Of a DNA stretch of 64,000 nucleotides, positions 44,532 to 62,853 are shown piece by piece. Under the pieces are notes generated by a model. It was given only the letters and a program-made list of their open reading frames with translations, had not been told where the DNA came from and did no database searches. Made by a program: the position numbers and the translations under genes. Each line of letters begins with the position of its first letter. Position 1 is the stretch's first letter. This DNA is from Bugula neritina (Eukaryota; Animalia; Bryozoa): the NCBI GenBank assembly GCA_964035545.1, contig OZ037768.1, forward strand, positions 12,905,675 through 12,969,674. The letters are read 5' to 3'.

Positions 44532-44580
44532 CGCAAATGCAGAGTGGTATATATTATAAATATACCACACTGCGCAAATG
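44532..44580. mobile_element. 33-bp palindromic transposon remnant with 8-bp TSD (P-element-like excision footprint)
   Basis: CGCAAATG | CAGAGTGGTATATATTATAAATATACCACACTG | CGCAAATG; arms CAGAGTGGTATAT / ATATACCACACTG with one mismatch. Confidence 0.6.
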
Positions 44581-44923
44581 TATAACGAAAGTAGCTTTTT
44601 AACATTTATAAAAATCGAGAAATGAGTCGACTACCATTGTTTAACGATCGTTTACAATCAAGACTATACATAATTTCGCCGCTATTGAAGAAAAGACAAC
44701 TCTATATTTGCGGTTAGAGGTTTCCTAAGCTTATATCTATGAGTGGTGTTGTAAAATACAACTCCTACTATAGTTTTAGTAGACTGGCAACCAGATTTAG
44801 CAAATGAAACCAAGGTAGTATACTGTGCTTGTATTCCGTTTTATCACTTTCACTGCAAAAATTTACAATTTACTTTTCCTTTCTAGCATTTATCATTTCC
44901 AAGTTTTGTGTTGATGTAATAAT

Positions 44924-45197
<274 letters not shown>

Positions 45198-46291
45198 ACA
45201 CTTACACACATCACTTACAAAAATGACATAGTCTCGGGCAAAATTATTGTAATTATCGGAATAATTGTGCGCTTTACACGGGTGGTGATCGAATGGTCAT
45301 CGAGTAGGGCCTACATTTACCCTTGAAAACGCCCTTACATTATAAATTAGGCTGCTCACCAAAGTGGCAAGTTTTGAGAGGCCATCAACCACATTGTTCA
45401 GGGTTTACATAGATTGGCTGCAGTCTTCATTGTGTAGCTACATGCACTAGCCATGTGTTGGTTAGTAGGATAACTCCATATAACATAATAGAACTAGGAT
45501 TGCTTGTTTTATATGCTTGAATTTAAGTTTCTAATTTTGTGGCTGTTATAATGTTTTGAATGTGTAATTAAATTGATTATTGCTATACATAATATAATAG
45601 ACACAAACAACTATACATAACATACAAAACATTTATAATTATCTAATTCCTTGAAGAAGTGACTCCCAATTTTTCTCACAAATGCTTATATACCACGTGC
45701 TACCATCACACTTGGAGGATTATATATAAATGATTCATCAAATCAAGATTTGTCAAGCATGCAGGGATCTTATGCATAACTAAGAAAAGTTTTTTTCTGT
45801 CACAAACTGAATAGTTTAGTTTGATCAACATAGATTACACAAACTAATCATTTTAATCAATAATTTTTTGTGTGAGAAATTAGGCGGACATTTTTAATTT
45901 TAGATATTTTCGCCCCTATAATAGCTGTTTTAGAACTTTCTATAATCATGCTCATCCATGACTGGTTTTCGGTATTAAATATAATTAGTGTGGTTCACCG
46001 TACCCTTTAACAATAGGCCTACATGCAAAAGTTTTTTAATGTGGAATTCTCAATGAGTAAAAGCGTTTGATTTGATTTACATGCGTGTATTGAATAAGAA
46101 ATATAATTTTATTGTCAAATATAATAGTTACGCAAAAACAAACACTAATTTGCGAAATGAGATCAAAGAAAGGTTGATTTGGTTTACATGTATGTATTGC
46201 ATAAGGAAAACAATTTATCTATAAATATAGTGAGGCAAAAAAGAAACATTAATATTATGCTGTTCTATAGATGATTATAAGATAACCAGAT

Positions 46292-46364
46292 GTATATAGT
46301 TTTACAGTAAGTGATTTTAATAGACAATGGACACCATCTTATACGATAGCTAACGTTGGCTATT
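46292..46364 (+). repeat. Dispersed repeat, second copy at 60150-60219
   Basis: GTATATAGTTTTACAGTAAGTGATT..AATAGACAATGGACACCATCTTA..GATAGCTAA.GTTGGCTATT shared at both sites. Confidence 0.85.
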
Positions 46365-46889
46365 TATTGTATCTTTATAAACAGGAATAAAATTATCATT
46401 GTTTGCTAAAATGCTGCTGAGTAAATTGCTTTACAACATTAAATTACAAATATTTTTACAAAGTCAAATGTGTTTCCTATATTAATGAAAAACCAAAAAT
46501 GAGGGAAGTTGAACTTGGACAACTCAAACGTAGACATGCACAATTTGTCAATCAATCCAAAGTTTCAAGTCAAAATAATGATTCTAGCAAACCACTCAGT
46601 AAATAAAAATATTATACACCTCAAGGTATATGAGTAGAGTATTATATTCATTTAGGCTAGATATACAAAAGGATGTTTGTACGAAAAAAAAGACGCTGAT
46701 AGACATAAGGGTCAAGTCAATACAATGAAATTTCTTCCCAAACATAAAGCAGAAGTAAGCTTAACCCTTGCATTATCTGTCATAAAATCATCTACAGTCT
46801 TTTATTATCATCAAAATATTGCACTCTTCTAAGAGAATAAAGTTGGTGTAGCAGTGATTCTCAGTAAGTATGGTGCCAGTGTTGCCTCA

Positions 46890-46986
46890 ACTGCCAGAGC
46901 TGGTTGCACCCACAAGACTGCCAGGGCTGGTTGCACTCACAAGACTGCCAGGGCTGGTTGCACTCCACAAGACTGCCAAAGCTGGT
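46890..46986. repeat. 27-28-bp tandem repeat, ~3.6 copies
   Basis: ACTGCCAGGGCTGGTTGCACTCACAAG unit. Confidence 0.9.
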
Positions 46987-47344
46987 TTATAGTCTACTTT
47001 TATGTCACCAGCCAAAAGTGAATCATTGTTTGATAACTTTGATAGAGATGACTTCCATATACAGGTTACTTCTGCTTATAATCAATTATAGTAATTTATT
47101 GAGTTAGCTATATAACTCATAAATAGCATTATTGTAGCTTCTATAAGATACAGTTTGAGATTGTATAGAGTTGTAATAGATTCAACATAATTTACTAGTT
47201 ACTATAGTCGCTGATTCTTTACCTTGCTTAATAAATAGGTCACAGTAATATGAGAGAAGAACTTTTGTAACTGAGCACATATTGAGGTTTCAATAAATGA
47301 TCAAAATATATTATACTTGCTGTGATTGTACAATAAAGTTGAAA

Positions 47345-47888
47345 TGATTTTCTTTTAGGTGAATGGTATGCAAGATAATGATTGTGAGGCTGTAAAAAAT
47401 TTGCCATTGATTCATACTAACAATCTGAAGGTGACACCTCATACAGGGAAAGTCAAGTGGAATTTAAGCTGTATCATCTATGTTGGTAATAACTATACTG
47501 GAAGTTCCAGCTACAAGCCGAGGTAATATAGAGCTTTATGACAGTCAAAATAATTTACTAGAACTTTTCAAGTTCATTTTAGCATGAAGTGTCTATCCAC
47601 GAGAACTTATACCCAGTGTGATTTTACAATAGCAATGCAATAATTTCCTTTTAGGTGTATGGTATGCAAGATAATGATTGTGAGACTGTTGAAGGTTTGC
47701 CATTGGTCCATACTAACAATCTAGCTGCAGACGACACCTTATACAGGGAAAGTCAGGCGGGCTTCAAGCTGTATCACCTATGTTGGTAATAACCATACTG
47801 AAAGTCCCAGCTACAGGTCGAGATGATATAGAACCTTAAGTTGTATTCAAAATAATTTACTAGATTTTTTCAAGTTTTTTTAGCATAA
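47345..47888 (+). repeat. Tandem duplication (period ~296 bp) of an exon-like segment
   Basis: Copies begin TTTTAGGTG(A/T)ATGGTATGCAAGATAATGATTGTGAG at ~47353 and ~47649 and align over ~240 bp. Confidence 0.85.
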
Positions 47889-48254
47889 AGATATATACAA
47901 AATTGGTAAATTTTTTCATGCTCCCACAACTTTGATGCAATGAGATATAGAGCATGTTTCTTGCGATAATATTGAGTATGGATATAGTACTATCACTAAT
48001 TATAGGAATTACAAGAGTTTCTCTTTAGCAATATTCCAAAACATCCCATCTAGCTGGCTGGTGATATTCAAGCTGATACTTTAAGTATATGACAGAGATT
48101 TGTAACACTCAGCTCTCTGATGACTCTATTCCTCCAGAAAAGGTTTGCTACTTCCAGACATCTCTTTATGTATATCTACTTTGTTGAACTTATGTTCACA
48201 TTGATGTTGGAAACTTCTATTTGCATTTGTTGTTCTGTTTTCTTCAGTGAAAGT

Positions 48255-48840
48255 TCCCAAGACGAGAGGAGCAGCAAATAGTCATGCACACAAAAAAGTC
48301 GACATAACAAGTTATGACAAAGCCAAGACTTGTGAACATGTTGGCACACTCTTCTTAAATCATGTGACCAGTAAGAACGTCCCAGCTCCGGTTCACACCA
48401 AAACTAAGACTCAGGAGTTTTGAGAGCTACACCTAAAACTATTGAAGCTACAGAGAAAGACATACACAACATTTTTAAACAGCATGGTTTAAGAATCGCA
48501 ATTAAGGCATATAAAAGAGCAGTAACTTCTTTTAGATATTTACCTCAATCTCACAAACCAAATATACAAACCATACAATAAACCAAACAACATTCTCACA
48601 TACCTGTATGCAAAAGCAAATCATTCACTATAGATTCTCCAAAACGAACCAGAATCTATAAACAGACGACTCTCATTCATCTCGTTTAATTCTGCTACAT
48701 TCAGCAACAATGCAATCACCTATCAAGAATCACTCTTCAAAAGCGAACACAATCACAAACTAGAATTTTATAAACCTAGAGCAAGCCCCAAGGAGCCGAA
48801 TCGTTATTATAAGAGGAAAGTAACATGTTTCAACCCCCCC
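48255..48840 (+). mobile_element. Penelope-like retroelement, degenerate reverse transcriptase/thumb fragment
   Basis: With frameshifts and a stop it translates to SYDKAKTCEHVG (cf. SYDGAEICELVG), IFKQHGLRI, FLDIYLNL..YKPYNKPNN, ANH, INRRLS and KRKVTCFNPP (cf. RKIIWFNPP), motifs typical of PLE RTs. Confidence 0.75.
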
Positions 48841-50141
48841 ACGCTCCCCCTCTCCCCTTTATTTCAGTAGAAACATAGTGAACAACATGAGGAATGAGCT
48901 CTTCAAGATTGTTTGTAATAAGTTCCCTGCATAATGCTGCATAAAAGCCATAATCTATCAAACAAAGGTCAACAATAATAGCAATGCAGCAACAGAAACA
49001 TATCTGGGTCATTTTACTTAATTTAGCGCACACTGGAAATCTCCAGTTTTTAGCTATTTTTTATAATTTAGCTGTTAATGAACATGGGTTTTTGCCCAAA
49101 ACTAGTAAAATATAAATGAACGCACACCTAAATAGTTAAGGTTCTTCTTAATTTTGCTTGATTTCCCATGTTTTTTTCTAATTATTCAGCTTCTTTTCAT
49201 TTTGGAGAGTTTTTTTTTCATAACACTCTGCAAAAAATGTTTCTATATCAAGACTTTGTGCTGATTCTGAATTTGCAAACTTTAAAATTGTAGATCTACC
49301 CATGCTAGAGTTATTGAGTAAAACAAGTATAAATTATGAGCACATAATATTGTAGCCTACAATATAAGTAGCATCAATTATATATTAACTATAGCTGTCT
49401 ATAAACAATAATATTTTGTCAGATATGAAAGTAGGTTGCTTCGTTTTTAAATTCTACACGGAATATAAATTTATAGTTTGCAAAACACTATATTTTTCTT
49501 ATTCAAAATGAAGTTTTCAATAGAAACGCATGTCCGCTATATAATATGATCATGACACATAATAACATTTGACAGAAGCATACATAATAATTATATAAAA
49601 GAAGCTAGTTATGTAAGATAAAAAGTATTTTATGTGAACGAGTCAAAGAATTAAATATTTAAAAGCAATATCATGGATGCATACATGTTGAAATCTTTTT
49701 AGCATCTTTTAACTCAGTCTTCTGTTGTTTTGACAGTAATCTTTAAATGTAATATTTGCAATTAAGGAAGGAGATAATAGCAAAGCTTAGAGTTTTTCCT
49801 TTGAAAATATTATAGCTGAGCCAAACAAATTTTAACTTCCAAGTGATTATTAAAATAAATAGTACAAAGAGTATGCATTTTAAGCAAGAACATTGTTTCG
49901 AAAATACTGTTTATATAATATATTGTTCAATTTAAGTCTGTTTGTAAATGTTAACGGACACATAACAAAACTAGCCACTAGGATTACTTGTTTTATTGGT
50001 TTAGTTTGACAAATACAACATTTTGCCGTTATGTTGTTGGATAGAATTTCACTAAATAGATTGACATTATATGCTATACACAAATAATATTATACAACTA
50101 CTTTCTTTGAGGAAGCAACTCCCAAGTTTCCTTACAAATTC

Positions 50142-56845
<6,704 letters not shown>

Positions 56846-57204
56846 TTTCGCAGTATAAGCATATTAACATTCAACATAATATCAAAACAATAATGTTTTC
56901 AATAGAAATGTAGACTAATAATTATGATGTAAGCAGTTTTTGTTGTGGGTAGTATTATGATTGTGATGTCATACAACAATGGTATCCCAATTTAAATTTA
57001 GCAAATATTTAAATTTACTATTACATTAACTTCAATATCTTATTATTAGGACTTATAAGCCGCAATTGCGGGTTGTCCATATTTTACAAAGTTGTAAATA
57101 AATTGTTTTAAAAATAGTTCTTAATATATAAGTTAAGTAGCTGCAGGCCAATTGGCTCTAAGTGAATGCATTTTGAATAACTTTTTCACTGCAGGTTTTT
57201 AAAG

Positions 57205-57208
<4 letters not shown>

Positions 57209-57258
<50 letters not shown>
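57209..57258. repeat. (TA)n microsatellite
   Basis: Perfect TA run. Confidence 0.95.
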
Positions 57259-57265
<7 letters not shown>

Positions 57266-57505
57266 CTTATAAGAACAATTGAGTACTATTTATACTCTAT
57301 TTTCAGCATGTTTTTTTATTTACTTATATATGGTTGTGCATGCAGTTCACCATTATACAACTTGAGTAAATTAGAATAGTTATAATTGTTTATTGGTAAC
57401 TGTAATTATGAACGTCCCATTATTATTGGTCTCAGAAAAAAATTCAATTATTTCGATACAACGTGCATGTACATAATACAGGAAAATTAATCAGTTTGTG
57501 AATAT

Positions 57506-58793
57506 TAGGGGTAAGGGGGGGGAGGAGGGGGGCATAACGGGGTGAAATTTGAGTTTTTCCTCTCATTCGTCTGTTTTTCATGTTACTAATTCAATAATCT
57601 CTAATCTAAATGCTACATCAGTTGTCTATTATTGGTATCAGTTGGTTGGTTGCTTCTATTTCTTTCACAACTAGTGAAATGCTCATGACGAAAAAATGGC
57701 CCATTGTACCCTGATACGGGGTACAATGGGCTACTGGGTGGGACACAACAAATATATTGAAACTTTGATAATTTGGTTACATCCATTTTTTTAATTTAAT
57801 ATTACAAATAAATAAGAAATATTTTTTCAGATCTACAGGAAAAGTCATGTTTTATCTGTACAGTTTGTGCCACCACAGATAGCAGGGGAGGCAAAATCAA
57901 ACGCACATAACTCATTACTGTTTAAAACTAAAATTGTTTTTTTTCTATTTCCACTTCACAGGAACTTTCATCGGAAAAAACCTTCACTAACATGTACTAA
58001 AAAGTTCCGAGCAGATTTTTTTTGTGAACTGTAGCTAAGGTGTATGGCTGAGGTTTGTGACTGGCGTGCAGAAGAAGGAGGGTGGGGGGAAATGAGCAAA
58101 TCACAATTTATTTTAGTCAATTACATGTATATTTGCTCAATGAATTAATGTATAGTGAATATCATAACTATCCATTAGTAGCAAAAGCAGAGTGCTTGGT
58201 ATGATGTATAAAATGGCAAATTGCTATAACCTCACCAGATGTATGTTAGGGGAGCTTTACCTTGAAGTTTGGTAGTTTTACTATGATGTCTTTGATATTT
58301 TACAAAAATGTCAGAAATGGCTATATCTATAGATTTTAATATTTGAACTATTTTTTTGGGCAAACAAACTAATAACAGTGATCATGGTGCAATGATCAGG
58401 TGGCCAATTGTGGCCCAATCAGCATGGCCAAGTGGCCAAGTTGAAAATAAATGTGGCTCAAGAAAAATTTATTTTAGAGTTTGCTATCATACTAGTTAAG
58501 CAATGTAGAGACAAGCAATGGTAACAATATCAGTAAAATCTAGGCTTGTTACTTTTGAGTGCAAAAATTTACCAAGGTTTAGAGACATCTTAAAAAAAAT
58601 TAGGTAAAAACAGTTTTTGACTTGCCTCTTCAACATGTATGCTCCACGAGTGTTGAAACTGCAATGGCTGAATAATTATGTCAATACCACTTTTTTTATT
58701 AAAAAAAAATCACAATTCTAATAAGTCAACAAGTTCTCACAATTTGATCGGCTTTTTGTACCCCTACGACTGTTGTACTCCCCTCTCCCTACT
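57506..58793. mobile_element. Probable degenerate non-autonomous DNA transposon
   Basis: Left end TAGGGGTAAGGGGG, right end CCCCTCTCCCTACTA; internal perfect hairpin GCCCATTGTACCC-N7-GGGTACAATGGGC (57699-57731); TTGTACCCC recurs near the right end. Boundaries uncertain. Confidence 0.35.
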
Positions 58794-60219
58794 ATTAAAT
58801 TTTAATAACCCGTGAGAGAGAGTTATTTTCTCTCTACTATATTGACTGCTCTTACGAATCTGGAACTAAATTAAATTCTGTAAACCAACTTCAAACTTAT
58901 GTCAGACTGCACTGGCTAGTCAGAAAGATACTTTATAATATTTCAGTTGCCTCATTAGAATTGGAAGCCATTATTGTACCCCATGTAGTGCGGAGTAACT
59001 GTTACTCCTTGCTTTACTATTTTTAAATGAAAACCTGAAATATCGCTTTTCTTCCTTCTTTATATTAATCTTCAAATCTCAGTTCTGATATGAATAAATT
59101 TTTCAGTTGTTGGTGCAAGCAGTTAACTGGTCAGATTGGTTGTTGGCAAATATTGAGAAACGGGGCTTTTGAAAATATATTAAAATATATCTGTTTATTT
59201 TTTCCAACTGTCTCGGAATTAGTGCCACACTACTGAATTATTGATTAATACAAAATGAAAACATTTCCTAATCAATTTGCTTTAAAAATGATGGCTTAAC
59301 ATAAGCTACAACCTCTACATTTCAATTTTGAATCATTGAAATAAAACACGTTTTAACGTGTTAAGTTATGATGAGGATCAACGTTGAGCAAAATAAAAGG
59401 ACATAACACCCATTTACCACATAAAATATATCCCAAGATGCATTGGTAGAACAGACAGTAAAAGTGCACTACATTAAAACATTATATAACATGCCAAGTA
59501 AGAGGTAGAAACAGATAACAGATACTTTCAGTTAGTTACCTAACATCAATATTCTAGATTATCATAACACAATGTAAACTAACTATTAAGACAGTACATA
59601 AGACAGTACATATAAACAGTAATTGTCAAATTAGTATATACTTATGTAAACTAGAGTCTAACTAGAATATTTAATGAACCGTATCAGGGAGTTACGTCTC
59701 CTTTGCTTTAGACATGTCCAGTCTGTACTGGTTTCTGCTGAAAAAATCCTTGAAACTTAATGCGTATCGATTCTTCACAACAGCCAAAGTTGTCAACAGG
59801 TTACCAGAACCAAGTTATATAAAGAAATGCCACTCAAAAATGGTACCTGAAGTATACAATATACACGTATCTTACAAATGATCAAATGCTCTGCATTGCA
59901 TACAACTAGGTTGCAAGATATTTGTCTTTGTTTATCGCATAATAGTCGATAAACATCTAATAAGAAATATTAGAGAAAAAGCTCTAGGTTACAATAAGAT
60001 TGGTGTCTGTCCTGATTGGTGGTTACTAGTGGTGCCACTGCTGTCCATAGCTACATGCCGACGTAGTCAAACTCACAATATAATAAACAGTATAGAATGA
60101 ACCTTTTCGATTAATACCAATAATGATTGCACCACTAAAATCTATCACAGTATATAGTTTTACAGTAAGTGATTCCAATAGACAATGGACACCATCTTAG
60201 GATAGCTAAGGTTGGCTAT

Positions 60220-60562
60220 TGTTGTGAGTTTTAGCACAATTATCAAGCGTGGATTGCCTGCGTATTTAGTTTCAATTTAACTAGCAACTACTAACGGAGC
60301 TTGTGTACGATAACCTTTATTTAATTCAATAAACATAATTATAACAGTATGTCAAAACCACAATACATCAATCAATTATAACACGTCTTACTACTACGAG
60401 CCCCTGCTCTCAACACACATGGTTTCTGCTAGCTAACCCGCGAACAGTCACTTGACCGGAACCTTGCCTTCCGGTCCTTCTGATTGGATAGTAAAACATA
60501 GTTATAAGTATTCCCATACAGGATGGGACGAATCCATTATTATACTACGTAATCCCATTACA
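60220..60562 (-). repeat. 3' LTR (~343 bp)
   Basis: On the minus strand it starts TGTAATGGG right after the PPT-like GGTGGGGGCGG (60563-60573) and ends CTCACAACA where similarity to the flanking dispersed repeat begins. Contains CCAAT and AATAAA in element orientation. Confidence 0.75.
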
Positions 60563-60839
60563 CCGCCCCCACCAGCAGAAAGACCTACTTTCTGATAAAA
60601 ACAAAAATAGTATAATAATGCAAAAATAACATAAGTCAAGAAAATCCACAAAGAGAAAGAAAAGAAATATCAAATGTACGACATATGTGATATACAAGTA
60701 AGATAACGAATGGCCAGCGTACAACTGGCCAGCTATAAAGAGAGAGTCCTGGATCGTAGGTCATTAGTAGTCGAGCATTTACACGATCACAACAAAGTAT
60801 CTCGGGAACATGCGTGGTGGAATTGCCAACTGCCAGCTC

Positions 60840-61736
60840 CTATTTTTGCAGGGACTGGATCCGGTGTCGTGCCTGCCGTGCACGTAGCCTACGCTTTAGG
60901 CGTCCTACTGAGCCCTTCAATTCACTAAGACCCATTGTAGTACTGAGTAAGTCGGGGGCCAACTGGGTGAATTCATCCTGCAGCCGCAGGAATCTATCTT
61001 CGACAGTTGCTAGTCGGGTAGGCCTGGTTGGGGTTGGCGTCGCTTCTTCTGGAGAGTCTGATGCTTCCATGGGGGTATTGTCTAGCCGCGGTATGATTGC
61101 AGCGACCGTTTTCACCATAGGGGACTTTTGACGGGTGGCTGTTAGCAATGTATAGAATCCGGAGGATAATGCGGCCCAGGTTAAAGCCTTCTTAACCACT
61201 GGTTTGACCGCTTCTAGGTATTGGTCGTAGTTGTCCGCGTCTACTACATAGCCCTCGCCCGCGAAACAGTCCATCATGTGAGCCAGGACAGGGTATGGGT
61301 ACACGTCGTGAAATCTACACGGACAGAAACGTAGCAGAAAGTGTGCATTCACATGCAGCCGTAGTCCTTGGTGTGAGGGAATCTCTTCGTAACACACATG
61401 GCAGGTATGTTGTGACCTACTCGGTCCCAAGGCTTCTTCAATTTGCGGCTCCGTTCGTCGCGACACCCATCTGTGTCTTCGACGCAGCACCGCGGGCAGT
61501 CCGTTGTCCGTTTCTGGTCCGTTATCCAAGGAGGAGAGAGAGTGTAGATCCTGTGACCTGTTGGTCGATCGAGTGTGATCTGCAAGAGTATAACAGTGTA
61601 AGAGGGTACACTGAGTACAACCGGCGTATACAGCCTGGTGGGTACTTAACTCAATTAGACACTCGTGAGACTCAGTTAATGAATAGTTGATCGAAAACAC
61701 ACACTGCTGTAACGGACTGTTCAGTCTTAGAGTCAA
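60840..61736 (-). CDS. Extra retroelement ORF in env position: C2H2 + C2HC zinc-finger-like motifs and C-terminal coiled coil/basic tail
   Basis: CHVC-x12-HVNAH, then CPC-x12-HMMDC, then RLATVEDRFLRLQDEFTQL...LSELKGSVGRLKRRLRARQARHR. Open for 298 codons; real start unclear, possible splice acceptor CTCTTGCAG at 61580. Confidence 0.65.
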   Translation of the reverse strand: MTLRLNSPLQQCVFSINYSLTESHECLIELSTHQAVYAGCTQCTLLHCYTLADHTRSTNRSQDLHSLSSLDNGPETDNGLPAVLRRRHRWVSRRTEPQIEEALGPSRSQHTCHVCYEEIPSHQGLRLHVNAHFLLRFCPCRFHDVYPYPVLAHMMDCFAGEGYVVDADNYDQYLEAVKPVVKKALTWAALSSGFYTLLTATRQKSPMVKTVAAIIPRLDNTPMEASDSPEEATPTPTRPTRLATVEDRFLRLQDEFTQLAPDLLSTTMGLSELKGSVGRLKRRLRARQARHRIQSLQK

Positions 61737-61894
61737 TGTGAATTCTCACCACTAAAAATTATTACCGAGTCTCCAGCTTACTCTATTATAGTTAAGCTGA
61801 TTAATACAGTTTAGCCCTCGTACCAAAAACATAACTAACTCACCTCTCGATTCTTGGCAAGCCATTGTGAATGAGAGTGGTATGTTTATGATTT

Positions 61895-62839
61895 CTACGT
61901 ACGTCTACTCAAAGCTGTATTAATGTGATGAAAGAGCGAGCAGCGTGGTTGTGAAACGTGACTATGACTTATTACCTCCGGCGTATAAATCTTATTTGAA
62001 TTTCCGCCGAGGCAAAAGTTGATATTTTCGTGGTGCTCACAACTCCCACGCTCTGCTCTCTTCCCCTCACGACGCCTCGTAGGGCGTTTGACCGCGCCCT
62101 GAACGGAACGTGGTAAGTCCTTGCAATACGCGGGGCCTGGCTTAGGACACCGTTTCCGAGGTGTCGTCACTAACCAAGGCGGTTTACGCACCCGTGGACG
62201 GTCACGTCTCACAGGTGGTGCTTCCAGCCAATTTGTTACAAATGGAGCTTTCCCAGTACCTCCGCATGGAGCCCCTCCCTTGGGGAGTTTTTGCACTTCC
62301 AGGTCGGTTCCTGACCTAGGAAGTGGCGGTGGCGGCTTGCACGCTGACGGCGGTGAGCGCACTTCCCTGAACGGGTGTGGTTTTTCCTGCCTCGCCACTG
62401 CTTTGGGTTGCATCCTAGGCGGTTTGTCGACCAGGTCAGCAGTCTCCGTCTGCCCGGGTCTTTCTGCACTTTGCCTTCGCCACCCTACTTCGTCAGTATG
62501 GGGGCCGTGCTTACTGACCCGGCAGACTCCGCACTGCCCAACTCTGCGTCGTACATCACGCTCCATGTGAGGCCAATACCACAAGAGTTGTAGTTCGGTG
62601 AACACCTGTTGGGCTCCCCCGTGAGCCTGCTGGTGTACCTCTTCTATCAACTCTCGGCGGATGGCAGCAGGACAGAGGGTCCTCTCCTGGTCTGGCTGGT
62701 GGTGGTTATCGGCCAAAGATATGGTCAGTAGACCATCCGGCCCGATCCGCAGTGCGTTCCAACGTCGGCAGTACAGCTGCCACTCGGCGCAGCCCTGCTT
62801 CCGTTGTCTGTCACTGTGTCGTCGCCCTTCCCGTTTCAT
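61895..62839 (-). pseudogene. Gypsy pol remnant: integrase HHCC zinc-binding domain without catalytic core
   Basis: HQQAHGG...WYWPHMERDVRRRVGQCGVC; similarity stops at RPGQTETADLV (expected start of the DDE core), followed by Pro/Arg-rich sequence. Joined to the upstream ORF by a 1-nt frameshift near 62855. Confidence 0.75.
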
Positions 62840-62853
62840 TCGATAGACGTCGG

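Noticed and set aside
46890-47107. 67-aa ORF with QDCQGWLH repeats
   Set aside because: Product of a 27-bp tandem repeat whose third unit breaks frame.
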